Positions 25,615 to 40,266 of a stretch of 64,000 nt of DNA are shown here, one piece after another (within the stretch, counting starts at the first letter, position 1; every line of letters starts with the position of its first letter). This stretch comes from Eledone cirrhosa (Eukaryota), in NCBI GenBank assembly GCA_964016885.1, contig OZ024743.1:274226001-274290000 (forward strand), read 5' to 3'. Made by a program: the position numbers and the translations under genes. The notes beneath the pieces are model-generated. The model had not been told where the DNA came from. It made no database searches and saw nothing but the letters and a program-made list of their open reading frames with translations.

Positions 25615-25773
25615 ATCGGACGCCATGCTTTGACATATAGAGTTACGGCCCTTGCCATTCTGAGTTCAAATCCCGCCGAGGTTAACTTTGCCTTTCATCC
25701 TTATGGGGTTGATAAAATAAAGTACCAGTAATACACTGGTTATTTGCTGGCCTTGTGCTAAAACTAGAAACAG

Positions 25774-25775
<2 letters not shown>
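25615..25775 (+). mobile_element. Meta-domain SINE, 5'-truncated
   Basis: Same consensus as 23030-23220. Confidence 0.85.
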
Positions 25776-25818
<43 letters not shown>

Positions 25819-25823
<5 letters not shown>

Positions 25824-26194
25824 TAAAATAACAGATTAAAGTTTAAGCAAAGAATCGCTGCTTTCACCCTTAACGGGATCTTCTGAAACTAACAAAGTCA
25901 ATCTGTAAACGCAGAACTGGATATTTCAAAAAACGTTGCAATCGGAGGAAGACAGGAAGACGATACTTTGGTTCGTGGTAACGTTCGCTGGCAAAGAACG
26001 GGAAAAAACGAATAATACGTCATTAATAGGAGCGGTGAAAAACAATTACGCGCAATTACAAAACCACGTTTATGGTATAAAAGAGGTCGTAGACTAATGT
26101 TCTCTTAGGTGGTGCATAGAGACGTTCTCTGGCAATGAACGAAAAAACGAAGATAATAAGTCATATGTGGAACGTGGAGAACAATAGCACGCAA
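25819..26194 (-). mobile_element. Family D repeat with U4A-variant HHR fold (25841-25889)
   Basis: Inverted near-copy of 27392-27770. Confidence 0.8.
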
Positions 26195-26211
26195 ATATAT
26201 ATATATATATG

Positions 26212-26505
26212 TATAAGGAAAAAAGATGAAATCGAAAATGCAACTGGTGTCTTTTTTTTTTATATATTTATTTGGTTCCTTTACTGGTTTCACAGTTCTT
26301 GTGCTTTTCAAAACCACAAACCCCTCCATCTAAAATCTACTTTTGAAAAGCACAAGAACTGGGAAACCGGTAAAGGAATGAACTAATTTTTTTTTTTTTT
26401 TAAAAGACTCAAGTTGCATTTTCGATTTCATCTTTTTTCCTTATAATTTCACTCGTGTAGGAAACATCGGTTTTTTTTTCATTTTGTAAAAAAACCTTAC
26501 TTTCT
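26212..26505. mobile_element. Family J foldback with candidate U3-A8 HHR (26340-26375, plus strand)
   Basis: Arms about 26212-26312 and about 26341-26445. Motif CTT-TTGAAAA-GCAcaagaacTG(T/G)-GAAA-CCGG-TA-AAG. Confidence 0.65.
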
Positions 26506-26582
26506 AATATATATATATATATATATGGGTTGAAATAAAATGAAAACTAAATTTCATTTCTCACTCTTAGTATGGCACTTAC

Positions 26583-28261
<1,679 letters not shown>

Positions 28262-28306
28262 TAAAATAACAGACACACACATATATATATATATACAATC
28301 GTATTA

Positions 28307-28414
<108 letters not shown>

Positions 28415-28425
28415 TAATACGATTG

Positions 28426-28487
<62 letters not shown>

Positions 28488-28751
28488 CATTGTCTGAAAC
28501 TGCTGGCTTTTGATTGCTTTGGTGAGATTATAATGAGGATTTATTATTAAATAACTGGTTTTGAAAAATCTCAGAAAGGGAATGAGACTTTCGTAAATGA
28601 GCGTTTAATGTATTAATTGTAGTTGGTGTCTGCTTTCATGAATAATTTGCTGTTACTGTAATTGTTATTTGTAGCACAATAGGATGTTGTATACATGCCT
28701 TTTTGGGAAAATGGCATCAAAGGGGTGTGATACATAGCCTTTTGTACTGCT

Positions 28752-28916
<165 letters not shown>

Positions 28917-28919
28917 ATT

Positions 28920-29018
<99 letters not shown>

Positions 29019-29021
29019 ATT

Positions 29022-29098
<77 letters not shown>

Positions 29099-29319
29099 AA
29101 TTAAGTTAAAAGTGTACATCCACATATGTATACTGAAATACTAGTATGCATATAAATACACACACGTATACATATGTACATGTACCGAGTTTTTCACTGG
29201 ACACTTTACTGTGAGTGTCCAGCTAGTCTGTATGTAACCAAACAGACAAACCGGTTTTTAGTGTCATACGGGTTTTCAAGGAAACACCTTTCCTCTATTC
29301 TCCAGAGAGCCAGACAGGA

Positions 29320-29362
29320 ATATTGGACTAGTTTCGATGTTATTACATCTCATCAGCAATAT
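29320..29362 (-). ncRNA. Minimal type I hammerhead ribozyme (family B)
   Basis: ATATTG-CTGATGA-GATGT aata ACATC-GAAA-CTAG-TC-CAATAT. All stems perfect, GUC triplet. Confidence 0.92.
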
Positions 29363-29699
29363 ATACCCATCTTCCGGCTTCTCTAGAGAATCGTAAAAGC
29401 ATATATCGTTATATGCTTTTTCTATGAAAATTAGTAGTGGGCAGACTAATTTGCATAGAACGTGAGTACGCACCGGTTCAGCGGAAACGATAAAAACAAA
29501 TAACGAAACGAAATTAAATTTCGTTTCGTTTGTAACTCACTTTTGTATGACTGACGCTTAAACAATTAAGTTAAAAGTGTACATCCACATATGTATCACG
29601 TTCTATGCAAATTAGTCTGCCCACTACTAATTTTCATAGAAAAAAGCATATAACGATATATGCTTTTACGATTCTCTAGAGAAGCCGGAAGATGGGTGT

Positions 29700-29742
29700 A
29701 TATTGCTGATGAGATGTAATAACATCGAAACTAGTCCAATAT
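29700..29742 (+). ncRNA. Minimal type I hammerhead ribozyme (family B, inverted copy)
   Basis: atattgctgatgagatgtaataacatcgaaactagtccaatat, read directly on the plus strand. Confidence 0.92.
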
Positions 29743-30030
29743 TCCTGTCTGGCTCTCTGGAGAATAGAGGAAAGGTGTTTCCTTGAAAACCCGTATGACT
29801 CTAAAAACCGGTTTGTCTGTTTGGTTACATACAGACTAGCTGGACACTCACAGTAAAGTGTCCAGTGAAAAACTCGGTACATGTACATATGTATACGTGT
29901 GTGTATTTATATGCATACTAGTATTTCAGTATACATATGTGGATGTACACTTTTAACTTAATTGTTTCAGCGTCAGTCATACAAAAGTGAGTTACAAACG
30001 AAACGAAATTTAATTTCGTTTCGTTATTTG

Positions 30031-30118
<88 letters not shown>

Positions 30119-30169
30119 ATATTTATTTATATATATATATATTTATATATATTTATATATATATATATT

Positions 30170-30200
<31 letters not shown>

Positions 30201-30233
30201 ATATATTTATATATATTTATATATATATATATT

Positions 30234-30287
<54 letters not shown>

Positions 30288-30301
30288 TATATATATATAT
30301 T

Positions 30302-30341
<40 letters not shown>

Positions 30342-30381
30342 TATATATATATATATTTATATGTTAATATATATATATATT

Positions 30382-30448
<67 letters not shown>

Positions 30449-30451
<3 letters not shown>

Positions 30452-31169
30452 AGAGTATTGAAGTTTGCTTGAACCATTGTGGAACAATAAGTAAATATTT
30501 ATAAGTCGTTTGGAAGCCTCGACAATGCAAATGGGTAAATCTCCGGGTAACAAGGTCCGGTGGTGGAGAGAGAGATATGTAAGTGGGTGTACGTTGAGAT
30601 GCGTGGTGTGTATAAGATGTGTGAGATGTGTAGAATGAAGGGAAGAGTAAAAGAGTAAAAATAATAATAACAACACAAGAGAGAGAGTTACCTTGGGAGA
30701 GATTTAATAGTCCCTATATATTTCGGATTCACATCCATCAACTGGGGGTTTTTTCCGGGGTGGGGGAAAAGTTTGTCTGTCGGACAACTCGGAACGCGTC
30801 TTTCGCTGTTTGTTGATTTGAATATCAGATATTCAATATCAGATATTCAAATCAACAAACAGCGAAAGACGCGTTCCGAGCTGTCCGACAGACAACCTTT
30901 TCCCCCACCCCGGAAAAAAACCCCAGTCGATGGATGTGAATCCGAAATATATAGGGACTATTAAATCTCTCCCAAGGTAACTCTCTTTCTTGTGTTGTTA
31001 TTATTATTTTTACCCTTTTACTCTTCCCTTCATTCTACACATCTCACACATCTTATACACACCACGCATCTCAACGTACACCCACTTACATATCTCTCTC
31101 TCCACCACCGGACCGTGTTACCCGGAGATTTACCCATTTGCATTGTCGAGGCTTCCAAACGACTTATAA

Positions 31170-31172
<3 letters not shown>
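30449..31172. mobile_element. Family C near-perfect palindromic element, about 700 bp
   Basis: Arms about 30494-30826 and about 30842-31172 are inverted around the centre aatatcagatattc. Homologous to 46708-47382. Confidence 0.9.
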
Positions 31173-31254
<82 letters not shown>

Positions 31255-31505
31255 CGTCCATCTCACTCTCCGTCGATGAAGGACTAGCACCCGAACGGGT
31301 AAAACACTTGTTCAACTAATATACTATTATTGTAATGCCTTATTCTCTCACAGTATCTTTTTTCTTCAATATTTGACATATTTCCTCTATATGTTAATAC
31401 TTCTATATATCTGTTTGTCCCTATATAAATCAATTTATCTGTGGTTATCTAACTTGTGATCTGTTCATCAATCGATCCGTCACTGTATATATATATATGT
31501 CACTG

Positions 31506-31544
<39 letters not shown>

Positions 31545-31550
<6 letters not shown>

Positions 31551-31780
31551 TCTTCTAAATGTTTTAAATTAAACATACAGTATATTGCTAAATATACTAT
31601 ACATACATTCATGTATACATCGCTATTTCAGAGCACTAATCCTAATACCTAATTTTTGCTGGACCGGCAATCGCTATGTGTAATCAGCTCCTGATTATTA
31701 CTGGAATTCTATAAGAATCCAGCTTCTATGATTTTCGGTGAAAGCAGGGGAGTACGTGGCTCTGATGAACGCCAACCATG
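31545..31780 (+). mobile_element. Family F diverged fragment, truncated inside an HHR with canonical CTGATGA (31762-31768)
   Basis: catcgctatttcagagcac...ctgattattactggaattctataagaat...atgattttc...ggagta aligns with 62450-62600 and 62690-62790. Confidence 0.7.
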
Positions 31781-31788
31781 TATGTATG

Positions 31789-31858
<70 letters not shown>

Positions 31859-32048
31859 CAGTATATATATATATATATGCAGTATATATATATATATATA
31901 TACAGTATATATATATATATATATATACAGTATATATATATATATATATATATACTGTATATATATATATATGTGTGTGTATATATATATACATACTCTT
32001 TTACCCTTTTACCTGTTTCAGCCATCCGGCTGAGGCCATGCTGGGGCA

Positions 32049-32104
<56 letters not shown>

Positions 32105-32744
32105 TATATATATATATATATATACAGTATATATATATATAGTTGTATGGTTGCATGGAAAATGCGTCCCTGGGTGGTATGCCGGTTGAGCACTCGAGAA
32201 GCATATCTGACGACCTTTCGATTACAGAGTCAGGTTCGATCTATAATAGATCTTGCCTCGAGCTGATCGATAGAGAAACATATGCAATGTGTTATTAATG
32301 CATCACTGTTATGATGCAACACTGGATCCTTGTTCCTTATCTAAACTATAATAATGTAAGGAGTGCTGGAGTGTATCCAGAATAATTTTTTTTATTCCGT
32401 TTGTAAAATAAGTTCGATTACTTTAAATAAATAATGAATGAATATTACATAATTCATGTACTAAATTTCGTAACTAAATTTGGTAGTTATAAATAATTTA
32501 AAATTGACTTCTTTTCAAAGTTTCAAATTTCTACGCTTCCGCTATATCGTCGCCACCACCACCACTTCAATTACCATATATATAGAAAGAGAGAGTTTGT
32601 GATGAGAGAGATAGAGAGAGATAAAGTGATTATGACTCTCTACTCGCTGTCGCGTATGATTGTGCACATACATATCTCTCTATGTGTGAGTATATAACTA
32701 TTATGAGTATATAACTATAATCGCGCAAACAAAGTTATAAAAAT

Positions 32745-33460
32745 ACACGTGCACGGACATACATTCAGATAAATACACATACTTTCACACATATACATTT
32801 ACACAATCACACGTTCACACATACATTTATACAAACACACACATACAGTCATGATAGCGTTCGGTGAATTGGAAACGGGAGGGTAAAACAAGTGTAACGT
32901 CTTATTTATTTATTAACAACCCAGTTTAACTCTTTTTTTATTTTGAAACTCATTTGTATAAAAATTTAATATAATGATTACGGAACGAAAACGTAAACAA
33001 ATATAATGTATACAAAGGAAAGGGAAACGAAAAAAAGTAAAAGAAAAAATACTCAAGCACGTAATGCACACATCTTAGACCACATAGGCTGGATAATGTA
33101 GTTAGGTAACAGAACACGGTGGCAAAAGAGTCACTAACTGTGACGTCCCATTCTCACAAATACACATACTTTCACACAAACACATACATACATTCACACA
33201 TATACATTTACACAAACAGTCATACAGTCATGAAAGCATTCGGTGAATTGGAAATGGGAGGGTAAAAGTACAACTTTTTTATTTGTTTATTAACAACACA
33301 GTTTAAATCTTTTTTTTTTAAACTCATTTGTATAAAAATTCAATATGATGATTACAGAACGAAAACACTAACAAATATAGTATATACAAAGGAAAGGGAA
33401 AGGAAAAAAAAAGAGAAAAAATACACAAGCACGTAATGCCCACATCTTAGACCACACAGA
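32745..33460. repeat. Diverged tandem duplication (about 32760-33085 vs about 33155-33455)
   Basis: catacagtcatga..agc.ttcggtgaattggaaa.gggagggtaaaa ... aagcacgtaatgc.cacatcttagaccaca is present twice. Confidence 0.85.
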
Positions 33461-33489
33461 ACAATATGCAGGCGAAAGAATGGGAAAAC

Positions 33490-33990
33490 GAGACGCTACC
33501 AGAACAAAAGATAGCAATATAGCGAGGAGCACTGGGAAACCTCTCTAATAATTTTTGAGGCAAGTCAGCACGCTCGCAGCGTTACCTGGAGGAATGGCAA
33601 GGCTGAGGTGCTGGAACAACCAAGTGTCCTTACGAGCATCACCAGTTACCTGTGTTTGGCGAGCCGCCAGTGAAGGCGCTGTCAGTATCCCGACTCCCCC
33701 AAACGTTTCCAACGCCACAGGCTGGATAATGTAGTTAGCTGACCGAACACGGTATTTTAGGATTTTGTTCCGTTCAGCTGCGGATGCTGTCGCTCTCGCC
33801 CTTGCCGCTGCATCCAGGATGTGGGAAGAAGCAAAAGTGTCACTAAGTGTGACGTCCCAGTTAAGGCACCTGCCTCTTGACCAGGAGCCCAGAGTAAGAC
33901 TGTCAAGTCTTTTCCCATCAATTCTGGACAACCCAGACTTCCAAAATTGAGGGGATGTTTGCCCGGGCCAAAGTTCTTGAGTTGCAATAG
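33490..33990 (-). pseudogene. CRE-like RLE retrotransposon 3' relic
   Basis: RIDGKRLDSLTLGSWSRGRCLNWDVTLSDTFASSH...KILKY...IIQPVALETFGGVG...[17 protein letters not shown], an RLE C-terminus. Confidence 0.88.
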
Positions 33991-34041
33991 GACAGTTTGT
34001 GTATGTGCAGGCACGAGTTTGTCGGTGTTATTAAATTAGAG

Positions 34042-34086
<45 letters not shown>

Positions 34087-34103
34087 TGTGTGTGTGTGGG
34101 TGT

Positions 34104-34194
<91 letters not shown>

Positions 34195-34304
34195 ACTGTT
34201 TTTAAGTTACAGACACATATGTGTGTATCCTTTTTCTTCCTTTTACACACACAAACATTCACACAAACACACATTCACACAAACACACATACACATTGTG
34301 TGAT

Positions 34305-34560
34305 GTAAGGGTGGAGCCGCTACTTCTCCGAATTGAGAGATCACAACTCCGATATTATGAGCATGTGGTTAGAATGTCTCAGCAAAGAATCGCTGGACAC
34401 ATTTTACAGGCAAAACCAACCGTCAAGAGACTTAGAGGTAGACCCTGAGCAAGATAGTTGGATAACTTTGGGATCCAGCTGGATCAGTTAGAGATGTTTG
34501 CTTCTGACAAACTCGCTGGAAAGAGTGTTTGAGAAGAACTCTGCCCCCACAACCTTCTCA
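34305..34560 (+). pseudogene. RTE-clade (Expander/Rex3-like) LINE 3' fragment
   Basis: VEPLLLRIERSQLRYYEHVVRMSQQRIAGHILQAKPTVKRLRGRP. Confidence 0.85.
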
Positions 34561-34710
34561 GAAATAAATGGGCATGGGCGAAGAAGCAAATATTGTTAAT
34601 TTACTTTTCAATTTACATATATACAATTGCGTATAATATCAACGTGCACACGACATATGCTAGCAGAAAACCGACCGAGGGCGGACATTCTGCTGGTCCT
34701 TATAATATAT

Positions 34711-34816
<106 letters not shown>

Positions 34817-34863
34817 TAGCTGTACCTGTTGAGGTATCCCTCCACTTATATATATATAATATA

Positions 34864-35006
34864 GGACACTTGGTTGTTCCAGCACCTCAGCCTTGCCATT
34901 CCTCCAGGTAACGCTGTGAGCGTGCTGACTTGCCTCAAAATTTATTTGAGAGGTTTCCCAGTGCTCCTCGCTATATTGCTATCTTTTGTTCTGGTAGCGT
35001 CTCGTT
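34864..35006 (+). repeat. Inverted copy of the CRE-like 3' end (33488-33629)
   Basis: ggacacttggttgttccagcacctcagccttgccattcctccaggtaacgc...ctggtagcgtctcgtt is the reverse complement of 33488-33629. Confidence 0.9.
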
Positions 35007-35096
35007 ATATATTATGTATACTCCAGTCCTACAAACTGTAGAGTGCTTCTTATCCGATATCTGCATTGCTTTATTGTACTACAATAAAACTCACCT

Positions 35097-35148
<52 letters not shown>

Positions 35149-35150
<2 letters not shown>

Positions 35151-35335
35151 CAAATAAGGCACAGACTTTGCAAAGGGAAGAGTACAGTAAAGTAATTTGA
35201 AATAACGAAACTTCACAAACTTGTCACCTTAGGAGTTATAATCTACCCCTAGGGTTTGATGCTTGTGAAGTTCCTTATTTAAAGTACTTTTCTGCGATCT
35301 TCCCTTTGGCTAGTTTGTGCCTTATTTAAGATATT
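35149..35335. mobile_element. Imperfect foldback of about 185 bp (MITE-like)
   Basis: aaataaggcacagact..aaagggaaga / tcttccctttgg..agtttgtgccttattt, with inner aacttcacaa / ttgtgaagtt. Confidence 0.55.
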
Positions 35336-35999
35336 TCTAAATTATATTCAAACCAATCTTGTTTACTGAAATGTAAAATATATTACTGGGAAATTTGTAT
35401 GTGTATGATATATATATATAGATATATCGTTTCTGAATTTGTTTAGCAAGATTCTTTATCTGAAAACGTGTGTTGAAATATACTTTTGGTGTGTCATGTT
35501 GTCAATAAGAAACACACGTACTACTTGCTTTCACTTCAATTTATTATAAATTTTATGAATTTTATAAATATAAATTTCATAAATTTTATAAATTTCCGAT
35601 TGGTTGGTTGGTTCCACAACCGGACGGTTGTTCATATATTGTCAAAGTTCTTTCGTCACACATTCTCTTCAGTGACTGCGGATTCTTTTCTTTATTTTGT
35701 GCCTCTCGTTTGTTCTGTCCTACGCCATCTTGCTTTTCGAAAGACAAGAAAAACAAGATGGCGTAGGACAGAACAAAGGAGATGTATTCGGCGCCGTGAA
35801 ATACTGTAATTTACTGAAGTCGTATAATTGTAAATTCCTTCCTTGAACTGTTTCTTGAACTCCCCTTTGGATATGCTAATATAGCATTTTTGAGTCGTAT
35901 TAAGGTTTAGATTTATTGAGCTACGTTCTGATTCTTATATGGTAGCTTCTTCATTATAGAAGCTTTTTAGCAGCTTCGTATTTATCTGTTAGTCTTTGA

Positions 36000-36560
36000 A
36001 ACGCTATTATTATCCCAAGTGCCAGATCACCTCAACATTTATATCACAATGATAAGAAGATTCTGTTTTCTCTAAATGACTCCGCCTGTATTTAGATATT
36101 TGACCTCAAAGGTTTCTTTAATATAAGGGCAATGTCATTTGATAGCGTTGGTATATGTGACTTTAGGGGATTATTCATCTTTGAATATTAAAGAGATGAC
36201 AGACAAGCTGTCTCTAAATTGTTCATGGAGACATATTTGCTATATTAAGTAAAGTCCTCATACAAACCTTCAGTACATTTTCAGGCCTGAAAAACATCTG
36301 CAGTGATAAACTTAAACGTAATTAATTTCCTGGATGTGATCCTAAATTTTAATACTAACTCATATAAAACATTTAGAAAACCAAATGAAAAGCTCACTTA
36401 TTTTAACACAATTTTATGCCACCCACGTAATGTCTCTGAACATCGCGCTGACAAAGTAATTAGAAAGATTTTGAAATTGTACTAAAATAAAGAAAGTCTT
36501 TATAGTGCAATTCCTTTGTATAATGGTGCTTTAAGAGAGAATGGTCTTAAAAATAAGATC
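36000..36560 (+). pseudogene. Penelope-like reverse transcriptase relic (RT C-terminal/thumb region)
   Basis: INFLDVILNFNTNSYKTFRKPNEKLTYFNTILCHPRNV, the FLD...(Y/F)RKP...HP PLE motif. Confidence 0.75.
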
Positions 36561-36986
36561 TAGAGTATTGATACTGATCACACTTGTTGCCAATTTGGCG
36601 TCAGGGATCCCTATCGCTAAACATTGATACACGCTGAATAATAAAGTATTATATCAATAAAATCAAGATCTTATATTGTGAATACTGTAAAACCGCAGAA
36701 TGTAATGGATATGAAGTGACGATGGTTGTAGGTGTGTGCTTGTTTTATTAGAAACAGTTGCTCAACCCCACCCTCAAATCGTACCATCCGACTTACATAT
36801 ATATGAATATATTAAATATAATGTTGTAGTTCCCGATATAATGAACACGATGGTAACGAAAAGAAGGCTCATAGATCTTTTTGATGAGAGTTGACCAAGA
36901 ACCAAATGAGACCTACATCAATAATAATTACACGTATTATGTTATTTCCTATATGTGTATGGACAAATACACTCATATATAGATCA

Positions 36987-37076
<90 letters not shown>

Positions 37077-38329
37077 TACCTATGATATGTATATCATATA
37101 CATTACGATAAAACTACATACAAAACGAAGGCGCTTTTTATTAGCGTGATCCTGCGACGTTACTATTAAATTTACCACATTTATTTCTTTTGGTGTTTGC
37201 CAGTTTCTCATTTAAATGCTCTATTTCAGGTTATTTTATATCTTTTTCTTGCTTATCTTGACAAAACTGTTTGATTGATAGAAAGAAAAGGGGGAAGCAA
37301 CTCACTGAGCTAATGGGGTGTTGACAACTTATTTCTATGGAACTTTATGGTACACATATTATAGTTTCATTTTACACGAAAGCAGTAAACTCAACCATTT
37401 GGAAAAAATAATTGGAAGACATGGAAGCTTATGTTACCCACAGATCTAGCCCACTTTGTATTTGATTCTGTCGTAATGATTAAGAAAAAGAAAGACACTT
37501 TCACTTGAACGTGGCAAAAATGACATGAAAGTGTTATATCTTACAATTATGAAGGATAAAAAAAAAGAAACAAGAAGCGACCGATATTTTCCCAAGTAGC
37601 CGAAAAAATACAGTTAAGAAAAGAACAGATTACAAGTAGATTAGTTTTTTTAAAAAATGGAAAAGAATTATAAGCTTGCAGAAACTTGGCCAAGAAACAC
37701 GAAGCTAATTGAAATTACATTTATATTGGCAGTAGAGAAACAAAATAGCATAAAATATACCAATTTTGAGAAGGCAAAAAGCATCCATTACGTTGATTCA
37801 TCGCGTGTTTTACCTACGTTTTGAGGGGTCCGAAAATATTTAATGTTACATATTATATGACTAATTATTATAACATGAAAATTAATACAACCAGAAATAT
37901 AGAAATTAAATGAATAAAGTGTTACATACATAATACACACACACACACACATATATATAACATGGCTGACTGTATACAGAGGTGTCTTTTCTAGAACAAT
38001 GTTTTCCGTTTCTTCCTCTTCTCACTCTCTATCTTTCATATTCTACGTCTCATGTTATATTCTTATGAAGGCATAGTATCCGAAACGGAAAGAAACTTTT
38101 CCTACTATATTAAGCGTTAAACTACTATAATAATTAATTGTACTGTATTGTTTGCTTTATTGTTTCTTTTAACGTTTTCATTATATGTATATATATAATT
38201 ACATAATAAATAACAGAGTATAATTATTCCATTACCGAAGTTTTCAAGGAACTAGACCATTCTTACAGAAACGTCCAGCCCGTTTTTTTTTATCTGGACG
38301 TTACTGTAAGAATCGTCGACGCATCCTAA

Positions 38330-38451
38330 TTTTAACAACCAAAATTTTGAAAAAAAAAATAATAAACAACCTTCGGCCTCCAGGACGCATGGTAGATCTT
38401 TGAGACTTATTTTAGGAAAAATGTAGCGTCTTGGACGCCGGTAAATACGGT
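38330..38451 (-). mobile_element. pogo/Tigger-like DNA transposon terminus
   Basis: Reverse complement begins accgtatttaccggcgtccaagacgc, resembling CCGTA-type TIRs. Confidence 0.5.
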
Positions 38452-38714
38452 GACATTAAAAAGCTGAATGCAATATCTACATTTTCCTCCATCTAGATGT
38501 AATAACATGAGAAAGTATCTACCTCTAGACATATAAAAATATATTGGCATGACTCCAAATACATACTTATATTTAAATCAAAGTCTTTTTGAATGGATTT
38601 CTTATAATTCAACTTATACTACAAATAATATGCACATCTAAGACCAATGTTTTACGAATTACAGTCTAAAGACCTTGTTTATCTATTTGAGTATGGTTCG
38701 ATGATATTGATAAT

Positions 38715-38812
38715 AATTGTTTCTACTTTTTGGCACAAGGCCAGCAATTATCCAATATATTACTGGTACTTTATTTTATCGACCCCGTAAGGATGAAAGG
38801 CAAAGTTAACCT
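38715..38812 (-). mobile_element. Meta-domain SINE 3' fragment
   Basis: actggtactttattttatcgaccccgtaaggatgaaaggcaaagttaacctc. Confidence 0.8.
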
Positions 38813-39199
38813 CATTGATAATAATATAGAAACATCTATCCTGATGTTCCGACATGACCACATTTGTATGATATAAACCAGTAAAATAATTTAGAATCTC
38901 TGAATTCTGTTATTTCTATAATGTCTCTTTTATTAGATAATCTAATACACGCAGTATTACACTATCATACAGTTTATATACAACTTTACCAAACTAGACA
39001 AACTACAGCACGTTACATTACCTCACTGACTACACTGGCTTTTCTACTATCCCAAGTTCACATATTCTATTAAACTACTACATAATTCACATTTTGCTGT
39101 TAAGTTTCATACAGAAAACACACTATCCCCCGCAAATATATATTCTATATCCTAACATCTTATTTTATTCTCAAATCCTTACCACAGAGACAGATATGG

Positions 39200-39480
39200 T
39201 AGGGAATTGTGAGTATAAAATCATCAAGTCCTAATTTCGATCGTACTGCGTGGTCTCTTGGGCTAGTGTCTTTATTACAGCCTCAGGTATGCCAAAGCAT
39301 TGTAAGTGAAGTTAGTTAGACGGAAATTGTGGGAAAGCTGTCGGATGGATTGTACCTATAATTTAAATACCCAGCCTTGTTACACGCCGATTTTATCTGA
39401 GAATTACGTTATGAGTACACGTGTTAAATTGAAAACTGAATTATCATCGACGAAACAAACGGAGGATCCATCAAACAGGC
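39200..39480 (+). mobile_element. Second SINE family copy (OR/OK-like)
   Basis: ttcgatcgtactgcgtggtctcttgggctagtgtct...agcctcagg...ccaaagcattgtaagtgaa...gacggaaattg. Confidence 0.55.
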
Positions 39481-40102
39481 AAAATTCATGTCATTTGTTG
39501 TTATGCAATATTGCTTAAGTCTTGTTACAGCAATACACTGCGAATGAGCCTCTGTACTGTAAATCTACGTGCTGATAATAACAATAGTTATACTACTGTC
39601 TTAAATGTAGTCCACGTTAACCCCAATGAGACGAAATTGTCAAAGCTGGAATACTTTTGATCATAGATCAGCTCGTCAGGACTGGCTGACCTAGGGCTAA
39701 GCAAGTACAACGCACTGTAATACTGTTGCTCACAATCTTAATTCTAAGTAAAACAATGCAATGTTTATATCACAAATTCACCTTTATTCCGACGTCATTT
39801 CAACCAAGCAATTTGTCCGCTTTTTATATGGATCTTCTTTAGAGAAACGACTTTCTGTACATAACCTATTATTATTGTTACTTTACTGCTGCTCCTGAAA
39901 GTGATGTTATTGGTACTATGGTGATGGTGGTGGCGGTGGTGGTGGTGGTGGTGGTGGTGGTAATGCTGCTACGACTACTACTGCTGGTGATATTTTTGTT
40001 GTATGACCGAGCTCAGGTCTGATCAAGCAAAACTATGGTATATATATAGGTAACTGCTAGAATGACCAGGCGTGACTTTTAGATTTATTATCCCAGATAA
40101 CC

Positions 40103-40266
<164 letters not shown>

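Larger units (their letters stand above)
29095..30037. mobile_element. Family B HHR repeat: 465-nt unit plus partial direct repeat plus inverted, permuted copy
   Basis: aaacaattaagttaaaagtgtacatcc at 29095 and 29560. Inverted near-identical copy at 29596-30037. Confidence 0.9.
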
